A model generated the notes under the pieces. That model ran no database searches. It was not told the origin of the DNA and saw nothing but the letters and a program-made list of their open reading frames with translations. A stretch of 64,000 nt of DNA, from assembly GCA_049692255.1 (NCBI GenBank), contig JBAVOR010000009.1, forward strand, positions 16,457-80,456. The letters are read 5' to 3'. The position numbers and the translations under genes are program-made. Within the stretch, counting starts at the first letter, position 1. Every line of letters begins with the position of its first letter. Origin of the DNA: Candidatus Babeliales bacterium. GTDB lineage: Bacteria > Babelota > Babeliae > Babelales > JACPOV01. Of the stretch, positions 55,959-64,000 are shown piece by piece.

Positions 55959-57353
55959 ATGAAGAAATGCATAGTTACCTTTATCAGCTACAGCCTGATA
56001 ATATCTTGTATCTCTCTCCTTACGCATAACAATCAATTAATCGCCAGCGAACATAAAAAAGATCTGGTTGCCAAAGGTCTGAATCAATTAACAAAGACAT
56101 TAGTGCAACGCAGTTATGCGGTTATAGGGGAGAAAACAACTACTTCTGCACAGCTATCTCCATGCGAACTCTGCGATCAGGGTCTTGAACAGTTATCTGA
56201 AAGTATAGAGCCTTCCAAAGGTAATTTTAAACAGGAAGTCAAAAAAAATGAACTTGCAACAGCATGCGCAACTTTACTCGCTGCTTTAAGGCGAGCAGAA
56301 GAGGTAACTCAGATCACCAATAACAATGCGCAAGAAACAGACAATGCTCATAAATTGGTCGTCCAGAAGATTATTACATTCTTTAAAACAAACGAGCTGT
56401 CACAATTTTTATTGATGCATGGATACGTAGATAACGTATTAGCCGCATTACCTTACACAATACAAGATTTTGATCTTACAGATCCAATTCTGAGTAATGA
56501 TCAAAACTTACCCATCTATGCTAAACAATATACCTCGTTTTTTGATAGATTACACAGAGCACCCGCATGTCCGAAGGTCAATAAAGAGATTATGACACAC
56601 GCGGTTAAAATCGACGGTGGTAAAAAAATAGTGCGTCTTTCTCCTGATTATACCACCCTTTCATGCGTCACCATGAAAAAAGGAGAAGAGAAAGAACAGG
56701 TGCACAGTTATGCGCTCACGCCATCATTTTGTTCAGCTTATATTGGCGCAACAGGATATTTGATTACAGAAAAAGATCCTAGCGCGTACGATTCGATACC
56801 CCGTATATTTACTTATATATCCCCCACACTTACCTCAGTGGAACAAATACAGGCTCCCTTCGAAGATATTACAGAAATATATCTATCACCCGATGAACAA
56901 AAAATTTTATGCGTATCATCACTCTACAATGATAAACCGAACCATGTGTATGACATAAACACCAAACGCTGGCTCACATTAGAATATACCAATAAAATGA
57001 AACAAAAGAGTGTACGGCTTCGTTTCAACTGGAACAAAGAAAGTAGTGCCATTATAGGCGATTCGATATTAGAATATCCCGAAAGTACATATCTATGGAA
57101 TGTAACGCAACACAACCCGTGCATCACAGACAATAGATCCAGAATTAAACTAGCACTGTATAACCTCTGGCTTGCTAATTTAAAAAAAGATTGTGAAAAA
57201 AGTATTGATGCATACATCATCGGCAACGCACGTAGGTTCAACACCATACCACTTGCTATGCACGGAGTAGATTCCGATTTTATCACACAAAAAAAGGAAG
57301 AGCGGTTAGCATTTATACAAAAATACAATTTAACCGAACTTATAGAAGAGTAA
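55959..57353 (+). CDS. Orphan exported protein, tandem-array paralog P3
   Basis: 464 aa with an AAAGGG SD and a hydrophobic N-terminus (IVTFISYSLIISCISLL). Family motifs present: SQFLLMHGYVDNVL, VRLSPDYTTLSCVT, YLSPDEQKILC, YDINTKRW, IKLALYNLWLANLK and IGNARR. Confidence 0.8.
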   Translation: MKKCIVTFISYSLIISCISLLTHNNQLIASEHKKDLVAKGLNQLTKTLVQRSYAVIGEKTTTSAQLSPCELCDQGLEQLSESIEPSKGNFKQEVKKNELATACATLLAALRRAEEVTQITNNNAQETDNAHKLVVQKIITFFKTNELSQFLLMHGYVDNVLAALPYTIQDFDLTDPILSNDQNLPIYAKQYTSFFDRLHRAPACPKVNKEIMTHAVKIDGGKKIVRLSPDYTTLSCVTMKKGEEKEQVHSYALTPSFCSAYIGATGYLITEKDPSAYDSIPRIFTYISPTLTSVEQIQAPFEDITEIYLSPDEQKILCVSSLYNDKPNHVYDINTKRWLTLEYTNKMKQKSVRLRFNWNKESSAIIGDSILEYPESTYLWNVTQHNPCITDNRSRIKLALYNLWLANLKKDCEKSIDAYIIGNARRFNTIPLAMHGVDSDFITQKKEERLAFIQKYNLTELIEE

Positions 57354-57373
57354 TGCATAAGAAAGGATAGCAA

Positions 57374-58591
57374 ATGAAGAAACGCATATTTATATTGGTT
57401 ATCTCTTACATGGCTGCATTTTACATCACGCATAACAATCAATTAATCGCCAGCGAACATAAAAAAGATCTGATTACTAAAGGATTGGAGCAACTATCAA
57501 CAGCATTCACTGCTTCTAACGGTCACATAGAAGAAGAAATAAACAATAGGCATCTCAAAAATGCTATTGAAACACTCACTAAAGCCGCTCAAAAAGATAA
57601 TAAAAAAACAACAGAGCAAGTAGCCGGTTTTTTAAAAAATAACGAAACAATGCAACTATTGGTTGCCTATGGTTTTGTTGACAAGCTTTTGCAAAAGATA
57701 CTGTTGCAGCCACAAGACCTTGCCATCGAACCATTTGTTGTTTCTCATTGCGCCGTTGAGCCACAACAATATGATTCAAAACTAAAACTAGCGACGGCAA
57801 AGCCATTTGAATACTTGTTAATCAACGATCCATCGCAAGAAACCGATACACTCACCTGTACAACCGAAGACGAAACATATACATATAGCTATCGCATAGC
57901 GCCTAATTACACTAATTTAACGCGTGTTACTGAAGATAAAAAAACTCACAAAGAAGAAGTGCTAAACTTACCCTTGACCCCACACACATTTCTTTCAATT
58001 ATTATTGGCAATACAAAGATTATTTTTGTTAGTTCGCGCGATAAACAGACGTATACAGTTGATATAAAACCGCTTACCTTGGACAAGAATATTATTTCTT
58101 TTACTAAGCAATATAAAGATACGAAAGAGATTATTAATCTCCAGTTATCTCCCAATGAACGCTTTTTACTTATTCAAGGAAATAATAGAAAAAATTATAG
58201 CAGTGTAATCAATGATTTAAGCACTGGCGCTAAAGCGTATCAACTCGTATCCACCAAACTGAAATGGTCCAAAGAAGATACAGATGCAATTCTTCCCAAA
58301 AGCCACTGGAGCGCTGACGGTAAGGCAATTGTTTCGTCACCGTATCTATGGCTCTTGGATACGGTAACAACGAGCCCCACCACACAACTCAAACTCGCAC
58401 TGTACCATCACGCATTTACAAAAATAAAAGAAAGCGATTTAACAAAGCTCAGCACTCAAGAGCTTCATAAATTACGGCGAACCCTACTCATACCATTGCC
58501 TTCCGACATACCAAAAAGAATACGCGAAGAGATAATAAAAACACGAAAAGAATTTATCGACGCTGCAAAGTTACAAATGCTTCTGAAATAA
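57374..58591 (+). CDS. Orphan exported protein, tandem-array paralog P4
   Basis: 405 aa with an AAAGGA SD and a hydrophobic N-terminus (IFILVISYMAAFYI). Family motifs present: MQLLVAYGFVDKLL, YRIAPNYTNLTRVT, QLSPNERFLL, HWSADGKAIVSS, LKLALYHHAFTKIK and LHKLRR. Confidence 0.8.
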   Translation: MKKRIFILVISYMAAFYITHNNQLIASEHKKDLITKGLEQLSTAFTASNGHIEEEINNRHLKNAIETLTKAAQKDNKKTTEQVAGFLKNNETMQLLVAYGFVDKLLQKILLQPQDLAIEPFVVSHCAVEPQQYDSKLKLATAKPFEYLLINDPSQETDTLTCTTEDETYTYSYRIAPNYTNLTRVTEDKKTHKEEVLNLPLTPHTFLSIIIGNTKIIFVSSRDKQTYTVDIKPLTLDKNIISFTKQYKDTKEIINLQLSPNERFLLIQGNNRKNYSSVINDLSTGAKAYQLVSTKLKWSKEDTDAILPKSHWSADGKAIVSSPYLWLLDTVTTSPTTQLKLALYHHAFTKIKESDLTKLSTQELHKLRRTLLIPLPSDIPKRIREEIIKTRKEFIDAAKLQMLLK

Positions 58592-58620
58592 CCAATCATC
58601 TTAAAAAAAGGGCCGATCTT

Positions 58621-59832
58621 ATGAATACACGTATGCTTTTGCTTACTTGTTTAGTAATGGCACAATACACTCATGCCGTTATTACTGAGCAAATCGAATT
58701 GGTTGATGAAGGAAATAAAAATACTTCGCACGCGCTTTACGCAATCGGGCTACAACAACTACAAAACGCTTTGAAGCCGTTCGATGGACATATACACAAT
58801 GAAGTTGATAGTAATGCCCTTAAGCTAGCACTTAAAACATTAACAAAAGCAATTAGCGAAGACGATGCAGTATCTCACCCAATCGTTTCTTATTTTAAAA
58901 AGAACGAGCTTGCACAGATGATTGTTCTGCATGGATATGTAGATACGTTACTGCCATACATTTCTTGCGAGGCCTCAGATTGGGCGATAGCAAAGTTTAG
59001 CCCACCATCCATCCACGTTCCTGTGACACAACCACTGCTTATGCCGAGTGTAGCTCGCCCATTCCCTTGTCTGACGAAAACAAATAGCTCTTGTATCGTA
59101 GAGACAAACCAATGCAAAACAACCTATCGCCTTTCATCTGAATGCGATAATTTAACGCGCATAATTGAACATAAAAAACAGAATAGTAATGAAAAAACAG
59201 AGACAAGAAATATCCCTTTAGATAAAAACACGTTTCGCTCCATACTGATTGGCAATACAAACATTGTTTTTACAACATCAGTAGATGATCAAACGCACCT
59301 TTTTGATGTTAAACCTATTTCTCTTAAAGAGGCATCCCGGTCTTTTAGTATTCCCTGCTCAGAACCTATGCAGATGCCTCATATAGAACTATCCCCCGAT
59401 GAAACATTACTACTCTTTCAAGGCATCGGCAGAACTGTCTATAGCAATGAAATCATACAAATAGTTAATGGAACACAAGAATATAGGCTCTCACAGCTCA
59501 AATCTAAATGGGACGATAGGGAAATGCAAAAGGTTTTTTCTAACAGTCGATGGAGCGCCAATGGTAATGCAATCGTCTCATCGCCCAACGTATGGAATTT
59601 TCAAACAGGACAAATGAGCCCAAGTACCAGTTTAAAGTTAGCGTTGTATACGCATTGGTTCGAGAAATTAAAAAACGAAGATCTTAAAACTCTCGATACA
59701 CATACTATTCATATGATACGCCGCATCATGCACGTGCACTTACCTAAAGATACGAACCCTAACATAACGGAAGCACTGCTCCAAGAAAAAAAAGAGTTTC
59801 TTAAGAAGCATAATTTAGAAAACCTGTTGTAG
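58621..59832 (+). CDS. Orphan exported protein, tandem-array paralog P5
   Basis: 403 aa with an AAAGGG SD and the signal MNTRMLLLTCLVMAQYTHA. Family motifs present: AQMIVLHGYVDTLL, YRLSSECDNLTRII, ELSPDETLLL, RWSANGNAIVSS, LKLALYTHWFEKLK and IHMIRR. Confidence 0.8.
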   Translation: MNTRMLLLTCLVMAQYTHAVITEQIELVDEGNKNTSHALYAIGLQQLQNALKPFDGHIHNEVDSNALKLALKTLTKAISEDDAVSHPIVSYFKKNELAQMIVLHGYVDTLLPYISCEASDWAIAKFSPPSIHVPVTQPLLMPSVARPFPCLTKTNSSCIVETNQCKTTYRLSSECDNLTRIIEHKKQNSNEKTETRNIPLDKNTFRSILIGNTNIVFTTSVDDQTHLFDVKPISLKEASRSFSIPCSEPMQMPHIELSPDETLLLFQGIGRTVYSNEIIQIVNGTQEYRLSQLKSKWDDREMQKVFSNSRWSANGNAIVSSPNVWNFQTGQMSPSTSLKLALYTHWFEKLKNEDLKTLDTHTIHMIRRIMHVHLPKDTNPNITEALLQEKKEFLKKHNLENLL

Positions 59833-59862
59833 CGACAATAGCATTAAAGAAAGGCCTATCCT

Positions 59863-61107
59863 ATGAATATACGCTTATCTTTGTTTACTTGTTTAGTAAT
59901 AGTGCAATGCACTCATGCCGTTATTACTGAACCCTCTGATACAAATAATACATCGAATATATCTCTTGCAATCTGTCGTATTGGCCTACAGAAAGTAAAA
60001 GAAAGTATTGTGCCAAGCGATGGTAATTTTCTTAAAGAAATTAATCAAAAAAAGCTTTCTGCTGGTATAGCCGATCTGTTAAAAGCAATTGAAGGTGATT
60101 GCGCAAGCAACAGTGCCCACGTAATAACCGTTAACCAATCTATTATTGATTTCTTTAAGAATAATGAATTAGCACAATTTTTAATATTGCATGGCTATGC
60201 AGATCCCGTATTAAACACACTCAATTGTACGGTGAGCGATTTAGGTGTCCCTCTGTGTGACACTACGTATACCGTTCATCCGGGATCAGCCCCGTTCGTT
60301 ACCCATTTTGCTCCCCCATGGCCAACACTGACGCCAGACAATACTAGTACTGTTGTTAAGACCAAAGAGATCAAAACAACCTATTATCTTTCGCAACTAT
60401 TGGATGTAGTCAATTGCGTAACAGAATATGTACAACCCAACGCACTGCTCAACAGTAGCACGCAAGCATATCCATTGAATAAAGGCAAATTCCATTCATT
60501 TATTATTGGCAATAAAAATTGCATATACACCTATGAACTTACTGATAAGGACGAATATGTCATCGATATAGTGCCAACTCAGTTCCCTGAACACGCGGTT
60601 GAACCATGGAACTCTCTTACAAAAGACAAGAGCCTCTATTTACAACTTTCTCCCGATGAAAAGAAATTATTCTTTTTAACGTCGCGTTATGATAGTCATT
60701 ATGATGAATATAAGATATCTAATGCCGTATTTGATATAGAAAATAAAAAAATAATTCACCGTATTGGCCTTAGCAACAAATGGTATCCTTCATTTGATAA
60801 TATACGTTGGAACTATACAGGCACTGCACTTCATTGGAGTGGCTACGAAAGCTCTTATCATTGGCCAATTGAAAGTGTGTCACAAGATACTGCTACCCTC
60901 CTTAAATTATCGTTACATGCGCATTGGTTGAAAAAATTAGAACAAACAAATTTTAAAAACTCACCTGCCTTACAAGACATTTATACCCTTCGTCGCTTTA
61001 TGGGCTGCCCAATACCTAAAAATATTCCTGTATCGTTACAAAGCTCACTAGCAGATGAAAAGAAACACTTTACGGACAGTAAGAATCTACAAAAGTTATT
61101 ACCGTAA
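59863..61107 (+). CDS. Orphan exported protein, tandem-array paralog P6
   Basis: 414 aa with an AAAGG SD and the signal MNIRLSLFTCLVIVQCTHA. Family motifs present: AQFLILHGYADPVL, YYLSQLLDVVNCVT, QLSPDEKKLFF, LKLSLHAHWLKKLE and IYTLRR. Confidence 0.8.
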   Translation: MNIRLSLFTCLVIVQCTHAVITEPSDTNNTSNISLAICRIGLQKVKESIVPSDGNFLKEINQKKLSAGIADLLKAIEGDCASNSAHVITVNQSIIDFFKNNELAQFLILHGYADPVLNTLNCTVSDLGVPLCDTTYTVHPGSAPFVTHFAPPWPTLTPDNTSTVVKTKEIKTTYYLSQLLDVVNCVTEYVQPNALLNSSTQAYPLNKGKFHSFIIGNKNCIYTYELTDKDEYVIDIVPTQFPEHAVEPWNSLTKDKSLYLQLSPDEKKLFFLTSRYDSHYDEYKISNAVFDIENKKIIHRIGLSNKWYPSFDNIRWNYTGTALHWSGYESSYHWPIESVSQDTATLLKLSLHAHWLKKLEQTNFKNSPALQDIYTLRRFMGCPIPKNIPVSLQSSLADEKKHFTDSKNLQKLLP

Positions 61108-61148
61108 CTAGTATCAAACACATTTACTAAAAAAGGATACTGCAACCC

Positions 61149-62420
61149 ATGAACAACATGAACATAATCAATAGCATCGCATTACTTACTAGCGTCTATC
61201 AGATGTATGGAAGCGATATGGTTTCTGTACGCCCTTCTCTTGAGCTTTTTACGAGTGGGCTTATGCACCTTTTTAACAGCGTGCCCGACCATTGCGCAAA
61301 CGTGAATGAGGTAAATAAAAAAGCGGTAGCACAAGGCATCAACACGTTGCGCAAATCAATAAAATGTGAAGCACGTGAAAAAGAACAAGAATCTAAACAA
61401 AATAAAACTCAATCAAACTCTTTTGTGTCTGTTCCCTTAGAGCGTGTCGATATACGCCATTCTTTTTTGGCATATATCGGTCAACAGAAAAAAATGCAAT
61501 TCTTGCTCTTACATGGCTATCTAGATCCACTGTTAAAACAGATACCGTGCACCGTTGCAGATTTTGAACTCCAGCCCCCTACCATTGAGTTTATCGAACT
61601 TGATTGTATGCATAAACAAGTATCGAATAAAAAAAATATGCACCCATCTTTTCATATTCTTTCATCAGAAAACAAGGTATGCACGCTCCAATTATCTGAA
61701 GGGAAAAAAATATTTCGCCTTGCACCCACTATGAATACAGTGACTTGCAAAACTACTGATAAGCAAAAACAGGAAACGATATCTAATTATCCAGTAGACG
61801 CTCAGACGTTTCATTCTATGCTTGTCGGTAATACTAAGCTCCTCATTCTCACGCAAGGGCACGATAAAAAATATAACCTCCATGCATATACGCATACTTT
61901 TACCGATGAGCAGTATCTGCTGCGTTCGGTTCATGAGTTCATTCAAATGCAACTTTCTCCCGATGAAAAAAAAGTGCTTTTTATATCAAAAAGACAACAA
62001 GGAACTATCAATGCCCTTGTTATAGATATGGAAAGAAATCAGAGTTTCAAACTTAACCTCGATGATTATACTCGCACACACGCTAGCCATTCTACTACAA
62101 TACACAATAGAACCGCTCAATGGTTTTCACCAGACACAGTGGCTCTTCCTGATCATCACAACCCCAACAAAAAATATCTCTGGCGCGTAGACAATGAGGT
62201 AATTACACCAGAAGCTATGATCAAATTAGCGTTCTATACCCAGTGGCTACAGGAACTAAAAAAGGGGAATTTGAACTTCGTAACAGAAAGTACACTCAAT
62301 GATATAAAACTGTTAAATACGACATCGCGCATTAAAAATATACCCACCATATATAAACAACATATTCAAAAGAATAATGAAAAATTGCTTACAGAGCATG
62401 TTTTAGATAAGTTACTATAA
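61149..62420 (+). CDS. Orphan protein, tandem-array paralog P7
   Basis: 423 aa with an AAAGGA SD. The N-terminus is only weakly hydrophobic (IINSIALLTSVYQMYG). Family motifs present: MQFLLLHGYLDPLL, FRLAPTMNTVTCKT, QLSPDEKKVLF and IKLAFYTQWLQELK. Confidence 0.75.
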   Translation: MNNMNIINSIALLTSVYQMYGSDMVSVRPSLELFTSGLMHLFNSVPDHCANVNEVNKKAVAQGINTLRKSIKCEAREKEQESKQNKTQSNSFVSVPLERVDIRHSFLAYIGQQKKMQFLLLHGYLDPLLKQIPCTVADFELQPPTIEFIELDCMHKQVSNKKNMHPSFHILSSENKVCTLQLSEGKKIFRLAPTMNTVTCKTTDKQKQETISNYPVDAQTFHSMLVGNTKLLILTQGHDKKYNLHAYTHTFTDEQYLLRSVHEFIQMQLSPDEKKVLFISKRQQGTINALVIDMERNQSFKLNLDDYTRTHASHSTTIHNRTAQWFSPDTVALPDHHNPNKKYLWRVDNEVITPEAMIKLAFYTQWLQELKKGNLNFVTESTLNDIKLLNTTSRIKNIPTIYKQHIQKNNEKLLTEHVLDKLL

Positions 62421-62457
62421 TTAAAAATGGAATAAAGCGAATAAAAGGAGAATCGCT

Positions 62458-63768
62458 ATGAAGCGTTTTTTATGTACTCTGTTGCTTTCTGTATTCCTAC
62501 TTACTCATAGCGCAGCGACAGTATATGCCATGGAAGAAAATGGTGGAGAAGAACAACAAATAAACGGTGCCGCACCAAACGCACAGTCAGATAAAGTGCC
62601 CAGCTTGTATGCGCTCGCATTACAATGCGTAGCGCAAAAAGTCACCATGCCCATCGACTTAATGGGCAGATTATGTACGTCAAAGCCACTGCCTATTGAT
62701 GCATGTGGTGCTATTGGTCTTGCAAAACTAGAGCACGCTTGGACCGCTAGCAATGGTTTTGCAAATCAAGAAATTATATATACCGAACTCAAAGGAGCAT
62801 TAGCATGCTTGGTCAGTGCTCTTGAAAATAAAGGCAGTTCTCTCGAAGGTATATCCAAAAAAATTGTTGATCTTATCAAACAGAAAGAATCGATACAATA
62901 CATGCTTTTACAAGGCCACCTAGATCAAATTCTTGAGTATATCCCACCAGAGCAGCTGCGATTCGAGCCCATAGACCCAACAATAACTCTTGCTACCGTG
63001 TTTCCTCGCACACCAAATAAAAAACCGAAGCTCATGGCTCCTGCAAGTAATTTGCTTAAAAAAGCATCTTATATTGCTGAGAATCAAGAAGAACGTACCG
63101 TGATCAAGGCCCGACGGCACGATCAAACGCGTATACTCACCCGGTATACACGTGATAAAGTGAATAATAGCGACGCGGTCAAAACATACATCATAGGTTC
63201 TTCTAAATGGGAAAAAAGAATATTACCCGGAAAGAACGAGTGGATATCTTTTGAAAAAGGCATGCATCATGGGTATCCTGAATATACTGTTGCGCTATAT
63301 CCTTATGATAACAGTCAGTCATGGATACTGATACGGTACGCGACAAAGAGTGCACATTGCTCATACAATGAGACAAATAATAAGTTACTCTTTAGCGCAA
63401 AAGATACGCGCACTGATGCCGTTATAGCCGGTATTTGGGATCTGACAACATATACCAAAACGCATACATTGGTAATTCCTGATACCTGGTCAAATGTGCG
63501 TTTTTGTTGGACTCAGCAAGGAGCAGTTTATTGTTCTAGCTTTTTTTCTCACTTGATATGGGATATCGATCAAAGAACAGAGAATATTAAGTTGCACTAT
63601 TTTAATCATTATTTAGAAAAATTAGATGCAGAGCAAGATCTAACAAAAAGCCTTCATATGGCGCGAAGATTGAGCACAAATACATTATGCCCAGAACTAA
63701 AAATAGCACATCAAGCATTGAGTAAAATAATTAAAGAAAGAAATCTAGAAGAATTTATCAATACATAA
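62458..63768 (+). CDS. Orphan exported protein, tandem-array paralog P8 (most divergent member)
   Basis: 436 aa with an AAAGGAG SD and the signal MKRFLCTLLLSVFLLTHSAATVYA. It retains IQYMLLQGHLDQIL, IKLHYFNHYLEKLD and LHMARR. The central SPD motifs are degenerate. Confidence 0.75.
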   Translation: MKRFLCTLLLSVFLLTHSAATVYAMEENGGEEQQINGAAPNAQSDKVPSLYALALQCVAQKVTMPIDLMGRLCTSKPLPIDACGAIGLAKLEHAWTASNGFANQEIIYTELKGALACLVSALENKGSSLEGISKKIVDLIKQKESIQYMLLQGHLDQILEYIPPEQLRFEPIDPTITLATVFPRTPNKKPKLMAPASNLLKKASYIAENQEERTVIKARRHDQTRILTRYTRDKVNNSDAVKTYIIGSSKWEKRILPGKNEWISFEKGMHHGYPEYTVALYPYDNSQSWILIRYATKSAHCSYNETNNKLLFSAKDTRTDAVIAGIWDLTTYTKTHTLVIPDTWSNVRFCWTQQGAVYCSSFFSHLIWDIDQRTENIKLHYFNHYLEKLDAEQDLTKSLHMARRLSTNTLCPELKIAHQALSKIIKERNLEEFINT

Positions 63769-63784
63769 AAAAGGAGTAGTACCT

Positions 63785-64000
63785 ATGGTTAAAACTATTA
63801 TTACTGTCGATGTCAATAAAAAACCACAAGAACAGCCGATGCCTTTGCATAACCGTTGGCACCCCGACGTAGAGCCAGTGGTTACGGTAGAGCCAGGTGC
63901 CGTATTCCGTATCGAATGCATCGATTGGACTGGCGGCCAAATAAAAAATGATGATAGCGCTGCTGATGTAAAGAATATCGACCTGACGCAAGTGCATTAT
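63785..64000 (+). CDS. Formamidase/acetamidase (FmdA_AmdA family), 5' partial; continues beyond the window end
   Basis: ATG at 63785 with an AAGGAG SD. MVKTIITVDVNKKPQEQPMPLHNRWHPDVEPVVTVEPGAVFRIECIDWTGGQIKNDDSAADVKNIDLTQVHY matches the conserved N-terminus of formamidases (..HNRWHPDIP....V.PG..F.iE..DWTGG.IKN.DSA.DVRD.DL..VH.LSGP). It is not in the ORF track because it is truncated. Confidence 0.8.
   Translation, partial: MVKTIITVDVNKKPQEQPMPLHNRWHPDVEPVVTVEPGAVFRIECIDWTGGQIKNDDSAADVKNIDLTQVHY

Noticed and set aside
10780-63126. Numerous shadow or alternate-frame ORFs inside long genes. Examples: 11748-12173 and 11043-11255 in atpA; 17514-17948 in recD2; 21856-22113 and 23014-23278 in mscK; 26698-27048 and 27061-27546 in fibre 2; 46704-47246 in the symporter; 49700-50092 in GT28; 54821-55318, 56924-57442 and 62505-62753 in the array.
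   Set aside because: In every case the overlapping frame on the other strand or phase encodes a protein with recognisable conserved motifs or array-family motifs. The shadow ORFs have no motifs, no SD, and skewed low-complexity composition.

Overview
This is a 64-kb stretch of a compact, moderately AT-rich bacterial chromosome. I found no rRNA, no CRISPR array, no recognisable IS element and no prophage. I can support about 68 protein genes and two tRNAs with encoded CCA ends (Arg-TCT and Gly-GCC).

Recognisable housekeeping genes:
- MutT-like Nudix hydrolase
- beta-carbonic anhydrase
- pyrG
- a truncated F-ATPase cluster (atpE-b'-atpF-atpH-atpA only)
- recD2
- a giant MscK-like channel
- an M3 peptidase
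- uvrB
- a GT4 glycosyltransferase
- transaldolase/Fsa
- leuS
- mnmE
- jag/khpB
- ruvA
- an AGCS symporter
- a GH1 beta-glucosidase
- an MGDG-synthase-like GT28
- mlaE and mlaF
- secG
- tpiA
- the 5' end of a formamidase/acetamidase gene

Between these sit many orphan proteins with signal peptides. ATGA start/stop couplings and convergent gene overlaps are frequent. The housekeeping proteins look very divergent. Together this suggests a streamlined, probably host-dependent diderm bacterium. A Dependentiae/TM6-like lineage is only my guess and cannot be verified here.

Most interesting observations:
1. An uninterrupted head-to-tail array of eight divergent paralogous exported proteins (53398-63768). 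I recognise no family for them. They show PD40/beta-propeller-like SPDE and WSxDG motifs, and neighbouring copies share near-identical 5' patches.
2. Two adjacent Sec-signal-bearing phage-tail-fibre-like genes with C-terminal S74 intramolecular-chaperone domains. Their ends are conserved, their middles are swapped, and one carries a 2 x 276 bp in-frame duplication. There is no prophage context.
3. A palindromic TTTATCGGCA/TGCCGATAAA element placed identically in front of a class-II-like Fic gene and of the convergent small paralog gene that overlaps it.
4. An exported NADAR-domain protein sitting where atpG-D-C should be.
5. A tRNA-Arg-associated islet with a phage-type HNH gene and a possible HEPN-like protein.
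6. A GC-rich structured segment directly 3' of tRNA-Gly.

All family assignments come from motif recognition by eye. No database search, GC calculation or identity calculation was run.
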